Origin: a plasmid
DNA length: 64,000 nt
Direction: 5' to 3' (one strand)
Sequence record: CP104424.1
Part shown: piece after piece, positions 48,222 through 59,004 of the stretch
Numbering within the stretch: the first letter of the stretch is position 1
How the letters are laid out: each line of letters begins with the position of its first letter
Notes under the pieces: model-generated
Told to the model about the DNA's origin: nothing
Seen by the model: only the letters and a program-made list of their open reading frames with translations
Database searches by the model: none
Made by a program: the position numbers and the translations under genes

Positions 48222-48480
48222 CTGTGCGATGCCGGTACCACCAGGGACGGCCTGACGCCTGTTTACCCTGCACCAGGCTGTACAGACGCCGGCAGAGCGT
48301 CCGGACAGTCCATCCTGAGTACCCCAGGAGCACAAAAAACAGCAGAATGCCGCTGCACACCCAGAATGTTGTTTTTGACGGATACGGAAACAGCAGCAGG
48401 TAAATCATGGTAAACGGCAACGGGACACCATAAATATTCAGTGGCGGGGTGACATCCCGCCAGAAGCCTTCGCGTTTCAT
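48190..48480 (-). CDS. traK: TraK, IcmT-like small membrane protein (96 aa)
   Basis: Size, hydrophobic core, position before traJ. Confidence 0.8.
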   Translation of the reverse strand: MKREGFWRDVTPPLNIYGVPLPFTMIYLLLFPYPSKTTFWVCSGILLFFVLLGYSGWTVRTLCRRLYSLVQGKQASGRPWWYRHRTELPREWRGTE

Positions 48481-49625
48481 TTGGGGAATTCTCCGGCCGG
48501 GATGAAGAGCGCAGCTTCTGATGCCTCAATGCTGCCCGTCTGATACATGGTCAGAACCAGATCCCGTATCCGCCGTTTTTCCTTGCGAATGATTTCATCA
48601 ATGTAATGCCCCCATGTCGCATGGGACTGCCGGGAGAGCGTATCACGCAGTTCGTCAGTTATGACGATGTATTCCCGGACGGCCTGTCTGCCACCGTCAT
48701 TTGTTCTGACCAGGACCTGCACCAGAATGAACTGCACCAGGGAAAGGGTGGCGGCTGCCATTGAATCCCTGATTTCCGGTGGAAATAACCCCAGCAGCCG
48801 GGCAAAGGTTTCACCGGGTGATTTGGTGTGCATGGTGCCGATGCAGAAGTGACCGGTGTTACCTGCCTGGACGGCTGCATCTGCCGTTTCATAATCCCTG
48901 ATCTCACCGATACCGATGATGTCCGGGTTACGGCGAACGGCAGAGCGAAGTCCTGCCGCAAAACTTTCCACATCACGCCCGATTTCGGCCTGATGGGGTG
49001 GCAGAAGGTCATTCTCTCCTCCCAGAATGTATTCCACCGGATCTTCATAGGTCACCGTTTTGCGGTCGGGGAAATGCGTCTGAATGTAGCGGTACAGTGC
49101 CGCTGCCAGTGTGGATTTACCGGAGCCAGTCTCTCCGCAGATGAAACCCAGACCGGTTTTCCGGAGCATGGCATCCAGCAGGTCCGGTTCAATATTCATG
49201 GTGAGGATGTCCGGAATATCGGACGGGATCACCCGCATGGTGACGGAGATTACTTTTTCTTCTGTTGCTGATGTTCCCTGAATCAGGTGACAGCGCAGGC
49301 GAACACGCTGCCCCCGTTGCAGACCGTAGCGACCGGAGGCATCACCGCTGACCTGAATGGTACGGTCCACGGGATGACCGGACAGCACCCGGGGAAGGAC
49401 TTCCCGTCCAAACAATTCATCACTCAGCGCCATCATGATGGAGGACGGCAGAGGATGTGCGGACGAACGTACCCGCCGTCCAAAGCGACTGACAGATACC
49501 GGTGAGCCGCCTGTCAGATCGATATCACTGACGCGGTGTCGGGCACACCAGGCAAAAAAATAGCGAAACTCTTCGGCCGTGAAACGGGCGAAAGGGAATG
49601 TGCCGAACTCATCGGGTAATTTCAT
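48477..49625 (-). CDS. traJ: TraJ, DotB/PilT-like secretion ATPase (382 aa)
   Basis: Walker A GETGSGKST; 382 aa as R64 TraJ. Confidence 0.9.
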   Translation of the reverse strand: MKLPDEFGTFPFARFTAEEFRYFFAWCARHRVSDIDLTGGSPVSVSRFGRRVRSSAHPLPSSIMMALSDELFGREVLPRVLSGHPVDRTIQVSGDASGRYGLQRGQRVRLRCHLIQGTSATEEKVISVTMRVIPSDIPDILTMNIEPDLLDAMLRKTGLGFICGETGSGKSTLAAALYRYIQTHFPDRKTVTYEDPVEYILGGENDLLPPHQAEIGRDVESFAAGLRSAVRRNPDIIGIGEIRDYETADAAVQAGNTGHFCIGTMHTKSPGETFARLLGLFPPEIRDSMAAATLSLVQFILVQVLVRTNDGGRQAVREYIVITDELRDTLSRQSHATWGHYIDEIIRKEKRRIRDLVLTMYQTGSIEASEAALFIPAGEFPK

Positions 49626-50445
49626 CGGGGGCTCCTTCCGTGCTGACGACCGGACGCCAGCGTGATTTCTGCAGGGTGAATTCCGCGTGTGTCTTCAGAC
49701 GGCGGACGTGGTCTCCGGTGATGAGTTTCCTGCCGTTACCGGTGACGGTCTGCCGCTGTTCAGTCACATCCGGGCGTGTGATCATGCCCTGACGCCAGAG
49801 CAGGGCATAAAGCATCATTCCCCGGTAATCCCGGGTCAGGCGTTTCTGGTTGGCTTCCAGGGTGAGGTCAGCGTTGTCACGGCCTTCCTGCCAGCCCTGG
49901 CGGAGTGCGTTTTCCCAGAGTCTGCGCTGTGCGCGGTCTTCCGGTACAACACGGCCCTCAGTTCCCGGGGTGGCGGTAGTGGAAAGCCCCCGCAGAAGCC
50001 AGTCACGCCAGCCCGGCGGGTTACTGACAAAACGTTCGGGGCGCAGGATGGTCCAGACACGGGACGCGGTTCTTATCTGGTCAGGCTGAATGTGAGCAAC
50101 ATCCTGCGCTTCATCAATAACAGGGGGCAGCCAGCCTTCCCTGCTGATAAGGGGACGGAAGTCATACAGGGCATTCAGTGTACTTTCCCGGGCATTCAGT
50201 GCCTGAATCAGTTCCCATGAGCGCTGTGCTTTTCCGCCACGGAATCCCAGCGTTCGTCCGGCGTCCGTGAGCATCTGGCGACGGGTGTCTGAAATGCCGT
50301 CATCCTGGTTGTCAGTGGGCGTCAGCCATGCCCGGAGATCCGGCGGTGGTAAATTGCCTGCCATACCGGCAGGGGGGCGATGGTGCTGTCCGGCACAGCC
50401 TGCCAGCAGGAGCCCGGACAGCAGGAGACAGACCTGTTTTTTCAT
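49609..50445 (-). CDS. traI: TraI, DotC-like lipoprotein (278 aa)
   Basis: Lipobox LLAGC. Confidence 0.8.
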   Translation of the reverse strand: MKKQVCLLLSGLLLAGCAGQHHRPPAGMAGNLPPPDLRAWLTPTDNQDDGISDTRRQMLTDAGRTLGFRGGKAQRSWELIQALNARESTLNALYDFRPLISREGWLPPVIDEAQDVAHIQPDQIRTASRVWTILRPERFVSNPPGWRDWLLRGLSTTATPGTEGRVVPEDRAQRRLWENALRQGWQEGRDNADLTLEANQKRLTRDYRGMMLYALLWRQGMITRPDVTEQRQTVTGNGRKLITGDHVRRLKTHAEFTLQKSRWRPVVSTEGAPDEITR

Positions 50446-50900
50446 TTTTTCTCCGTTGGCATATAGGAAAGATGTAAACGCCCGGCTGACTGTGAGAGGA
50501 CTGCCCGCCAGGCAGTCTGGGCCTCTGTGAGACGAAGGGCATCAGCGAAGGTCATATCGCGTACATGGAGTGAGACGGGCAGGGGAAGACGCACGCCGCT
50601 GTAACTGAACTGTTGTCCGCGCAGACGGGCCAGCTCGCTCAGGAGCTCCAGAGCATCGCCTTCCCAGTCAAAGGAAACCCGCCCGCTGTGAGCCTGCAGG
50701 CTGCCTCCGGGCTGGCGGGAAGGCAGGGCTGCAGAATACGTGCCCTGCTCCCACAACTGATACTGTGCATGTCGTGTGACAGCGACTTCAGAAGCTGCAC
50801 CGTACTTCCTGGCCGGTGCGGTATTATCCGGGGGAAGATGACAGCCGCTCAGACAGAGCATGGCAACTCCCCCTGCAAGGGTGATACGTTTTTTTTGCAT
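50442..50900 (-). CDS. traH: TraH, DotD-like lipoprotein (152 aa)
   Basis: Lipobox LSGC. Confidence 0.8.
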   Translation of the reverse strand: MQKKRITLAGGVAMLCLSGCHLPPDNTAPARKYGAASEVAVTRHAQYQLWEQGTYSAALPSRQPGGSLQAHSGRVSFDWEGDALELLSELARLRGQQFSYSGVRLPLPVSLHVRDMTFADALRLTEAQTAWRAVLSQSAGRLHLSYMPTEKK

Positions 50901-51003
50901 GGTTTTATCCGGAAAATAATGAACAGGACTGGCGGTGAGTGGCCAGAAGAGCGGAAACGAGCAGATTCAGGTCAGAAGCCCCGGGCGTCCCGGGGCGTGA
51001 TAA

Positions 51004-52206
51004 TCAGAAGGTGAACTGTAACTGAGCAATGGCACCGTAGTTGTTGTCGGTGCCCACGAGGCCGGCGACATCAATGTGAATCACATCAAACGGTGAGAGC
51101 CCAATCCCGGCAGTGAATGCACTGCCGTTGTTGCTGACCAGATTCTGGCGGTAACCGGTACGTAACTGTGCCCATTTCCAGGCATTAAACTCAGCACCAA
51201 CGGCGGCAAACTGACGTTTGCTGTCTGATGTGAAGCCGCTGGCCGGGGTCAGATCCACATCCAGTGCCGTGGTGAACATGTCGTTGTGCCATGATACGCC
51301 GGTCGTTACCTGCGGACGGATCCTGAAGGTTTCAGTGACACCATGTACCTCTTTGGTCTCAATGCTGCGTGGGATCAGGTTCTGTGCGACCAGACCCAGC
51401 GTCCAGTTGTCATCCAGGTCCATGCTGGCACCGATATCAGCGTTAATACCGTTTTGGGTGTTGTGGTAACGGTCACCTTTGAATGCGCTGCTGTCATAGT
51501 TTTTTATCAGCGTATTGTAGTTAAACAGGTCAACACGCTGGAATTTTGGTGTGAAGCCCAGTGACCATTTTTGTCCGGCCGTTTCCAGTTCAGTGGCCAG
51601 CGCAACGCCCACATCGGTGATCAGTGCGGCACGGGCAAAAGCCTGTGAGGTCAGTCTGTTTTTATCCACATCCTGGCTGCCACTGTCTGCAATGCTTTCC
51701 AGATAGTTCAGGTCGGCATCGCTGACTTTACCGTCGACGCTGACAGTCCCGAACGTTTTCAGCATCAGTGCAGCAGCGAGGGTATCACCGGGAAGGGCCG
51801 CCACAGCAGATACCCCGGCCTGTGCGCTGGCATGGGTGTTCCGGAAGTCCTGCAGTCTCTCTTTCAGGCGGGCCGCTGTCTGCGGTACCCCGGAGTGGCT
51901 GTCGACGGCACGGTCGAAGGCTTTCCAGTCATCGCTGATTTTGTCGGCGTTGTCGGCGATATTACCCGGATCGGACAGCTGCGCACCCACGGACGGAAGC
52001 AGAAGACTGAAGTCATCTTTTGCACCGGATTTTGTCAGCAGTGCCGGGTTTGCCAGTGGGGCCACACCATAGTGAGAGGAGGCAACCCCCGTTCCTCCCA
52101 TCGCATCATTGCGGGCTTCAAAATATGACGTTGCTGCAGTCGAATTAAAGGAAAATAAAACGGCAGACGCGATGAGAGTACGGGTAATATGCTTTTTCAT
52201 CATCAT
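51004..52206 (-). CDS. traF: TraF-like outer-membrane protein (400 aa; F/G naming uncertain)
   Basis: Signal peptide; ends ...AQLQFTF (beta-barrel terminal motif). Confidence 0.65.
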   Translation of the reverse strand: MMMKKHITRTLIASAVLFSFNSTAATSYFEARNDAMGGTGVASSHYGVAPLANPALLTKSGAKDDFSLLLPSVGAQLSDPGNIADNADKISDDWKAFDRAVDSHSGVPQTAARLKERLQDFRNTHASAQAGVSAVAALPGDTLAAALMLKTFGTVSVDGKVSDADLNYLESIADSGSQDVDKNRLTSQAFARAALITDVGVALATELETAGQKWSLGFTPKFQRVDLFNYNTLIKNYDSSAFKGDRYHNTQNGINADIGASMDLDDNWTLGLVAQNLIPRSIETKEVHGVTETFRIRPQVTTGVSWHNDMFTTALDVDLTPASGFTSDSKRQFAAVGAEFNAWKWAQLRTGYRQNLVSNNGSAFTAGIGLSPFDVIHIDVAGLVGTDNNYGAIAQLQFTF

Positions 52207-52307
52207 TTCAGTTTCCTGTATTGAGGTATTTTGGGTATAACAACAGAGGGCACGGCTGTGCCATTAAAAACAGTTGGTGTATTATTCCGGTTTATTGCTC
52301 AGTATTA

Positions 52308-53129
52308 TTACCAGGGGGATAACGGAACCCTGAATAACGCAGTGGGTAATATTTTTCCTGTTATCAGATATTCTGCCTGTGCCGGAGTGAGTGTTACGGC
52401 GCGAACAGGGATATCCGGAGATATTTTTCGGGCCATCTGAAACCAGCCTTCTTTTTCTATATCCATTCTGACCGGATATAACGAAAGTACCGGATAAATA
52501 ATGGTGTTATTAATTTCTTTTTTCTGCCTGAGCAGAACGCCGCAATATTCTCCGGAATGCGTTCCGGCAAACGGAAAACCATGCCAGAGAATAATGTCCA
52601 TATTCTCGCGGGCTGAAATAATCCTGCAGAATATCTCCTGTGTGGCTGGCCAGTCTCCCGGACGATACAGTGGATAATGCACCCTGCCGTTCAGCCATTC
52701 CGGACTGAGATAAAACCAGTCAGCCAGTGCTGCAAGAATCTCCCCGGTCAGATAGTCAGTGAGTCTGTCCGGCTCCCGGAAGACGGCAGGGCGGATATTC
52801 CAGGGGGCCAGTAATGCAGCCATCGTTGTTGCGCTGATATCATGTGCCTGCATGATGTGCTCCATCCTGCTGAGAAGACGGCGGACGATGTTATCTGCAG
52901 GAAGAAACATTTCACTTAACGCGTCTTCGACCAGGATACGTGTCAGGTCAGAGACGGAAAGAGAAAGCTGTTCGCTCATGATACCAAGGGCATCCCTGAC
53001 TCCCTGCGGATAACGAACCTGCAGGGGTGTGGACTGCAGCTGGCGATGACTGAGCAGGCATTCGCAAATTCGCTCCCTGTCCAGGGAGAGCATCATACGG
53101 GCGGCAATACCTGTGCTGTCAGTTTTCAT
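52308..53129 (-). CDS. traE: TraE-like protein (273 aa)
   Basis: First tra gene after rci/pil as in R64. Confidence 0.55.
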   Translation of the reverse strand: MKTDSTGIAARMMLSLDRERICECLLSHRQLQSTPLQVRYPQGVRDALGIMSEQLSLSVSDLTRILVEDALSEMFLPADNIVRRLLSRMEHIMQAHDISATTMAALLAPWNIRPAVFREPDRLTDYLTGEILAALADWFYLSPEWLNGRVHYPLYRPGDWPATQEIFCRIISARENMDIILWHGFPFAGTHSGEYCGVLLRQKKEINNTIIYPVLSLYPVRMDIEKEGWFQMARKISPDIPVRAVTLTPAQAEYLITGKILPTALFRVPLSPW

Positions 53130-53341
53130 TTCACCTCCATGCGGGTCAGCGTGTTTTGTTCATAAATTGAGTCTAAAGAGAGTGTTTTTTAAACGGAAGC
53201 GAGTTATTTCGATCGTTATGATCGAGTGTGTTTCAAGAGTGTTTGCAACTCTGTTTTAAGGGCGAATGAAAAGGATTCGGACAGGATGACCGTGATTAAT
53301 TTAACCCGGAAGCAAAAGTTGATTTTCATTCTGATATGCCT

Positions 53342-54466
53342 TCAGTTTGTTAACGGACAAATCATGACCCGTTCATCAATGTTTGCGGGTAGCTCGCCTG
53401 GCGTGGGAACGCGTTCACCCCGCTGAGCCGCCTGTGCCAGTGTGCGCAGCAACAATACGCTGGCATGAGATATAGCCAGTTCCCGGGTTTCTGCACGGGT
53501 TTCAAGGTCGAAATCGTGCAGTGTCACGACAAACAGCCCGTTTCTGCACCCGACAGTTGCAGGGTAGGGAACAAAATAAGGGGAAATTTTGCTGGTCTGT
53601 TTACGCTTGGCATCGAGTTTGCTGACCAGCTGATATGCCCGGAGATGCGTGTACCGTTTTAACATGTTCAGGGAGCGGTGGCCTGAAATAGCGGCAACTT
53701 CAATGACATTCAATGTACCAAGTTCGAAAAATCGGCTGATGGCTTCATGACGGAGATCGTGAAAATGCAGATTTTCTATTTTCAGGTCCAGAAGTGCGGT
53801 ACGCCAGGCGCTTTTGAAACCGGATGAGGTGTAACTGAACACATTGCCGTTTATCTGTTGTGGCAGAATTTGCAGGTAGTTGCGAGCTTTCCGGGAGAGT
53901 GGGACATCGCGTGGTAAACCATTTTTCGTTTCAGGAAGATGCGCCACTCCGTGCTGCAAATCGAGGTGTTCCCAGCGTAATGTGAGGATTTCCCCCTGTC
54001 GCATTGCTGTTTCCAGGGCCAGATGGAAGATAACGTAGAGCTGCTGATTTTTATCTCTGAAATAGCGGGAGAGTCGGCGTTCTTCGCCAGAAGTCAGGCG
54101 ACGATCGCGTCCACTACTGATTTTGGGTTTTCGGACCAGTTCAACAGGATTCATACGGCATGTCCCCCATTCCACACTGGCGATATTGAATAATGATGAT
54201 AAAAGAGCAAGTTCAAGACGGACGGTGTTTCCGGTGATTTGACGCCCTGTTCGTGGGTTAATTTGAGCCAAACGCTGATCCCGGTAAGTGGCGATATCAA
54301 CGGTGGTGATTTCATCCATATAGCGCTCGGCCATAGGGTGACGTTTAATCACATTGACGCGATAAAACTCCTGCAGATGACCTTTTTTGTGGATGGATAC
54401 TGTCTTCAGGTATTTGTCCAGCGCCCGGTTGAGAGTCATTTTGCGAATTTTTATTTTTCGAAACAT
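53342..54466 (-). CDS. rci: shufflon-specific tyrosine recombinase Rci (374 aa from MFRKIK)
   Basis: High similarity to R64 Rci (...[33 protein letters not shown]...[11 protein letters not shown]...LKRYTHLRA); the track ORF extends upstream through the shufflon repeat. Confidence 0.9.
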   Translation of the reverse strand: MFRKIKIRKMTLNRALDKYLKTVSIHKKGHLQEFYRVNVIKRHPMAERYMDEITTVDIATYRDQRLAQINPRTGRQITGNTVRLELALLSSLFNIASVEWGTCRMNPVELVRKPKISSGRDRRLTSGEERRLSRYFRDKNQQLYVIFHLALETAMRQGEILTLRWEHLDLQHGVAHLPETKNGLPRDVPLSRKARNYLQILPQQINGNVFSYTSSGFKSAWRTALLDLKIENLHFHDLRHEAISRFFELGTLNVIEVAAISGHRSLNMLKRYTHLRAYQLVSKLDAKRKQTSKISPYFVPYPATVGCRNGLFVVTLHDFDLETRAETRELAISHASVLLLRTLAQAAQRGERVPTPGELPANIDERVMICPLTN

Positions 54467-54528
54467 ATCTGCCTTCCACGATAAATCCGAGGAAGGTAGG
54501 AATACTGAATCAGAAATGCAATGTCTCT

Positions 54529-56244
54529 GTGCCAATCCGGTATCTGGACAACGGCAAAAGTGAACTTCACTACCAGTACGTACAATATCGGGAAAAACAC
54601 CCGAAATCTGAGCATTGGCGTACATGCGTACTGTTCGTGGACATACCTTAATGGTGCGCCTTTTGGTGGGTTTCAGCAGGTATACTCCGACCAAAACAAG
54701 GTTTGGTATGTGAATAATTATGCGTGGGGAAATTATGAGTCCGGCGGCACAATTACTGTTACATGCCTGAATCTTCCTGGTGCTGGGATTTAACCGAAGG
54801 GGCAACAATAAGCATCAACGTGTTCCTCATCAACGCCATCACCAATGCCATACATGCGTGTACCTGTCATGATAAATCCGGTCGGGCATTGAATGGGTTT
54901 GTAGTAGATAGATCCTCCACTTTTCCCGCCAATGAAGTGATTCATTGCTACAGATGATTGATACCACTTACAGGCGGAGTAGTTCACTTTATTGCCACCA
55001 GACCACCGACCGGATTGGCACTGGCCTCCGTGCCAATCCGGTACGTGGAGAAGGGCATCAGGTAGCACTGTTCTGACAGGAAAAATAGCAAATGGACAAC
55101 AGATCCCATTGCCATCTGGTTTTTCTGCCAGCCAGTGTACCTGGAGTGTCAGTAATGCAGAAAATCCGCACGGGTGGAAGCCGAATTATTTTGCGGGGTC
55201 AGTTGCAACCTATGATGCCAATCGAATTGTGAAATGCGGCTTCTATGACGAATACAACTTTTATGGCGGTACTCACCGAACTGACCTGTCGGGGAAATGT
55301 AGTTACATCGTGGTTTGCCAGTGATAAGTATCGTCACTGGCAAATGGCGTAAACTGTAATGGAACCATTTTGATCTTCGGTCGTGTCGCAACTGGCAGTC
55401 CATGCATTGTTGCCTGAAGGCATGGAACGCGTGAGCCATATAAATCCGGTATTTGATCTGCATTGACCGCCTCCACGCAATGACGCTCAATGCTCAGATT
55501 TCGGACGTGTTGCCGTTGCCCGAGTATTGCTACGCAGTAGCTGAAGCGGTAACAATTTGGCTATCACCTGCGCCAATTTTTTTCCACGTACCGGATTGGC
55601 ACTGGCCTCCGTGCCAATCCGGTGTGGAAAAAAATTGGCGCAGGTGATAGCCAAATTGTTACCGCTTCAGCTACTGCGTGGCGTTGGCCTGGAGCAACGG
55701 CAACATGTCCATCTGGCAAGAAAGTCATTGGTGGAGGCGGTCAATGCAGATCAAATACCGGATTTATATGGCTCACGCGTTCCATGCCTTCAGGCAACAA
55801 TGCATGGACTGCCAGTTGCGACACGACCGAAGATCAAAATGGTTCCATTACAGTTTACGCCATTTTGGCCAGTGACGATACTTATCACTGGCAAACCACG
55901 ATGTAACTACATTTCCCGACAGGTCAGTTCGGTGAGTACCGCCATAACAAGTTGTATTCGTCATAGAAGCCGCATTGTCACAGTTCCGATCACGGCAAAT
56001 GACATAGATGCCTTTCCGCAGGAGTTATTGCCGGATCAAAACATGGCAATCGGGCATTCACAGCCATGTAAGCTCGGATGTGTTGGCGCATTACCGGCAC
56101 CGGACACCGACTGGCCGATCAGCAACAGATAGCACATGTGGAGTCTGCTGCCAGTATTTCTCCCGTTAAATGTTCCCCGGTGAGAACCCAGATTGCTGTA
56201 ACTTCCGTCAGGTGCACCAATCGTTCGCCACACACCGGATTGGC
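54529..56244. repeat. pilV shufflon: invertible segments bounded by 19-bp sfx repeats (gtgccaatccggtNNNtgg)
   Basis: Repeats at 54529-54547, 55008-55023 (inv), 55030-55048, 55584-55602 (inv), 55611-55629, 56226-56244 (inv); inverted repeat pairs separated by tggcctcc; large inverted duplication 55320-55480 versus 55735-55900; several alternative pilV C-terminal ORFs on both strands. Confidence 0.85.
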
Positions 56245-57217
56245 ACGAAAGTATTGCCCCTTTGCTGTCACGGCCTACAAGTCCATCTGGTGAACACTTT
56301 GTATTTGCTACGGCTGTTTTATCCAGCTGTAAATACTCACCTGTGGAAAGGCGACCGTCAGACCGGACTGTTCCCCCACTGACTTTTCCTCCTTTGATTT
56401 CCCCTGAGGTTATAATTCCTTTACCACCGACTGCGCGTATCCACTGGCTGTCTGTCATCGTAAAACCGCCACCATAGGTGATGTTCTTCCAGCCTTTATC
56501 ATTTTTGGTGATTAACCAGCCGTTTTCGCTTGTAACATCACCTTTCAGTGTTGCACTTTGTCCATTGACGTTTCCTGCATTGTTCAGGTTGTTCCCTCCC
56601 ATATTGATGGCCGTGTTCATCTGGTTCAGCTCCGGTCGTCCCGGTACCTGAAAGCGATACAGGCGATCGCTTTCCTGCAGGTCATCACCCATCATTACGA
56701 TGGCGATGTGCCCGCCATTGCAGCTGAGTCCATAGTCGCCGGGTTTATCTGTCCATCCACCAAAAACACCGGTTGCTGTGCCATTTTTTCCTATAAATCC
56801 GCCCAGACCGGGGAGCAGGCTGGCGATACTGCGCAGGGCATCGTCTTTGATATTCTCCCCTCCGGTGGAGCAGGTCAGGGCCTCCAGACGACCGGTACTC
56901 GTGTTACGACGGATGCCGGTGGTATAACTCTGCCCAAAGGGCGAGCGGTTAAGACCCTTCAGATATCCTTTCCGGATTAACTCATCCGCCGTGAAGGTGG
57001 CAGGAAGCGTTCCGCTATGCAGGCGGGCATTGTTATCGGCGATGTAGGTCCTGGCTGCAGTATTGTAGGCATCTGCATGAAATGCGGCGCTCTGGTTGCG
57101 CATTTCATTCAGGTAGTCTTCAATGTAAGACCAGAACAGCGGCATGAGCAGGCTGATGACAACCAGTCCTCCCAGAATTTCAAGAAGTGCAAAACCTTTA
57201 TCGTTGTCTTTTTGCAT
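56036..57217 (-). CDS. pilV: PilV thin-pilus tip adhesin (type IV prepilin) with current shufflon-encoded C-terminus
   Basis: Prepilin leader MQKDNDKGFALLEILGGLVV; constant region ends at sfx repeat 56226-56244 (coding ...SGVWRTIG...). Confidence 0.85.
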   Translation of the reverse strand: MQKDNDKGFALLEILGGLVVISLLMPLFWSYIEDYLNEMRNQSAAFHADAYNTAARTYIADNNARLHSGTLPATFTADELIRKGYLKGLNRSPFGQSYTTGIRRNTSTGRLEALTCSTGGENIKDDALRSIASLLPGLGGFIGKNGTATGVFGGWTDKPGDYGLSCNGGHIAIVMMGDDLQESDRLYRFQVPGRPELNQMNTAINMGGNNLNNAGNVNGQSATLKGDVTSENGWLITKNDKGWKNITYGGGFTMTDSQWIRAVGGKGIITSGEIKGGKVSGGTVRSDGRLSTGEYLQLDKTAVANTKCSPDGLVGRDSKGAILSCQSGVWRTIGAPDGSYSNLGSHRGTFNGRNTGSRLHMCYLLLIGQSVSGAGNAPTHPSLHGCECPIAMF

Positions 57218-57234
57218 AGTCGTTCCCTCCGGTA

Positions 57235-57861
57235 TTACCAAAGGCCACCGGGATAAAAAGTAAATGCGTACTGTGACGCGCAGAGAAACGGCCCAAAGGG
57301 AAGTTCTCTGGTAATGCGTCGTTGTCTGTTACACCGCAGATAAAGTAAGGCTCCGCCTGCTGCCGTTGCGACAATCCAGGGGATGTCTCCCGGCGGGGAC
57401 CAGATGGCAATACCGGCAATCAGAAAAACATCGCCCAGGCCTATGGTTTCTGTTTTCCTGCGGTAAGAGGTGTATTGCCTGAACAGAAGCAACAGCAGGA
57501 ACCAGAACCCTGCACTGCACAGGCCTGTCAGCCAGTCTCCCTGCCAGAGACGAAATGCGCTGCCGCTTATCAGATACATGATGGTGAAGGGCCGGGGAAG
57601 ACGGCAGGATGCAGCATCCGTCAGGGTCATCAGTGTCATACATCCGGTCATTATCGTCATAAACAGCACCCCGACAGCACTGTCATTCTGATAAAGACGC
57701 AGGATAATGGCGGCAGCTGCAAGCATCCCGCTCATCAGCGCAAGCCCATGGTGAGGGGGGCTGGCATTCATCCGGGAGAGTCGATAGCGACTCATCTGAA
57801 CGGCCAGACACTGTATTACCACGGTTATTGCGACCAGCAGTGCCGGGATCATCTGGAGCAT
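57235..57861 (-). CDS. pilU: PilU prepilin peptidase (208 aa)
   Basis: Polytopic membrane protein; position. Confidence 0.8.
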   Translation of the reverse strand: MLQMIPALLVAITVVIQCLAVQMSRYRLSRMNASPPHHGLALMSGMLAAAAIILRLYQNDSAVGVLFMTIMTGCMTLMTLTDAASCRLPRPFTIMYLISGSAFRLWQGDWLTGLCSAGFWFLLLLLFRQYTSYRRKTETIGLGDVFLIAGIAIWSPPGDIPWIVATAAGGALLYLRCNRQRRITRELPFGPFLCASQYAFTFYPGGLW

Positions 57862-57876
57862 GGCAGTTCTCCCGGA

Positions 57877-58362
57877 CTAACGTCCCTGCATGTAAGCGCT
57901 GTAAATCTGCCGGGCGTATTTCATCCGGCGGTGAGTGTTACTTTTACTGAAGCCGGCGTTATAACTGCCGAGGCATTCCCAGTTTACGCCGCATCGCTGA
58001 AAATGCCGGGCGAGGATCCATGCTCCGGTCTGAATATTCAGGCAGACATTATTCAACAGATCTTTCTCACTCCGGATAATGCCCATTTTTTTCAGCCCGG
58101 GAATATGTGTGGAGTTAATCTGCATTATCCCGTAATCGGTACTGATAATTTTTCCTCTGTCATTCCTGTTATGATTAATGGCCCGGGGATTCAGACTGCT
58201 TTCCCTGCGGGCAATAATTTTGAGTAATCCTGGATCAATGGAATAACGTTTTCCGGCGGTAATAAAACAACGATCATATTGTTTGTCCTGTGGGGATGCC
58301 TGTGCGGAAGGAAGTGAGCATAACAGTGAAAAAATCACTGTCAGGATAAATAACCTGTTCAT
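57877..58362 (-). CDS. pilT: PilT lytic transglycosylase (SLT domain, 161 aa)
   Basis: Signal peptide; SLT motif ...RRESSLNPRAIN....GIMQIN. Confidence 0.85.
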   Translation of the reverse strand: MNRLFILTVIFSLLCSLPSAQASPQDKQYDRCFITAGKRYSIDPGLLKIIARRESSLNPRAINHNRNDRGKIISTDYGIMQINSTHIPGLKKMGIIRSEKDLLNNVCLNIQTGAWILARHFQRCGVNWECLGSYNAGFSKSNTHRRMKYARQIYSAYMQGR

Positions 58363-58406
58363 ACAGTGACCTTAAATAAAGCGCCCAGGCGGGCGCTGAT
58401 GAATGA

Positions 58407-58943
58407 TTAACTGTTGGTTTCCAGTTTGATAGTAGTTTTATCTGCGTTACATACTGTAGACGGGTCAACTTTATTCGTCACATTGCCGTTGATTTTTGTA
58501 AACATGGATGAACTGCGCAGGCTGGTGACCAGATCAATACAGTTTTTCTTCGGCACATTGCTGGATTCAATAACGTAGGAGTATTTATCTGAACTGACTT
58601 TGATGGTTACCGCACCACCCCAGGCATTTTTCGCCTTATTACCACCGGCGATCATATCGGCAGGCAGGCCACCACTTTCGGTCAGGATTTTGACGTAGTC
58701 AGTACCTGTATACTGCCCCTGGAATTTCTGGGCTTTCATTTTGGTGGCGATTGTCTGCAGGTTTTTGAGTTCCTTCTGGTTGTCTGAAGAGGACAGGGTA
58801 TCGGACATAAGTCCCATCACGGCACCAATAACAATGGCAGCGACGACCAGAACACCGAGGACTTCCAGCAGGGTCATGCCTTTATCATCGTTCTGAAGGT
58901 GACGAATATTATGTTCTGAATACGAACAGGTTATGACGCTCAT
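58407..58943 (-). CDS. pilS: PilS type IV prepilin (major thin-pilus pilin)
   Basis: ...KGMTLLEVLGVLVVAAIVIG prepilin cleavage/TM region. Confidence 0.85.
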   Translation of the reverse strand: MSVITCSYSEHNIRHLQNDDKGMTLLEVLGVLVVAAIVIGAVMGLMSDTLSSSDNQKELKNLQTIATKMKAQKFQGQYTGTDYVKILTESGGLPADMIAGGNKAKNAWGGAVTIKVSSDKYSYVIESSNVPKKNCIDLVTSLRSSSMFTKINGNVTNKVDPSTVCNADKTTIKLETNS

Positions 58944-59004
58944 ATTAGCTCCTGAGATTGGTAAAACAGAATTTGGATCGAGGGGAATATAAAGGATGCT
59001 GTGT

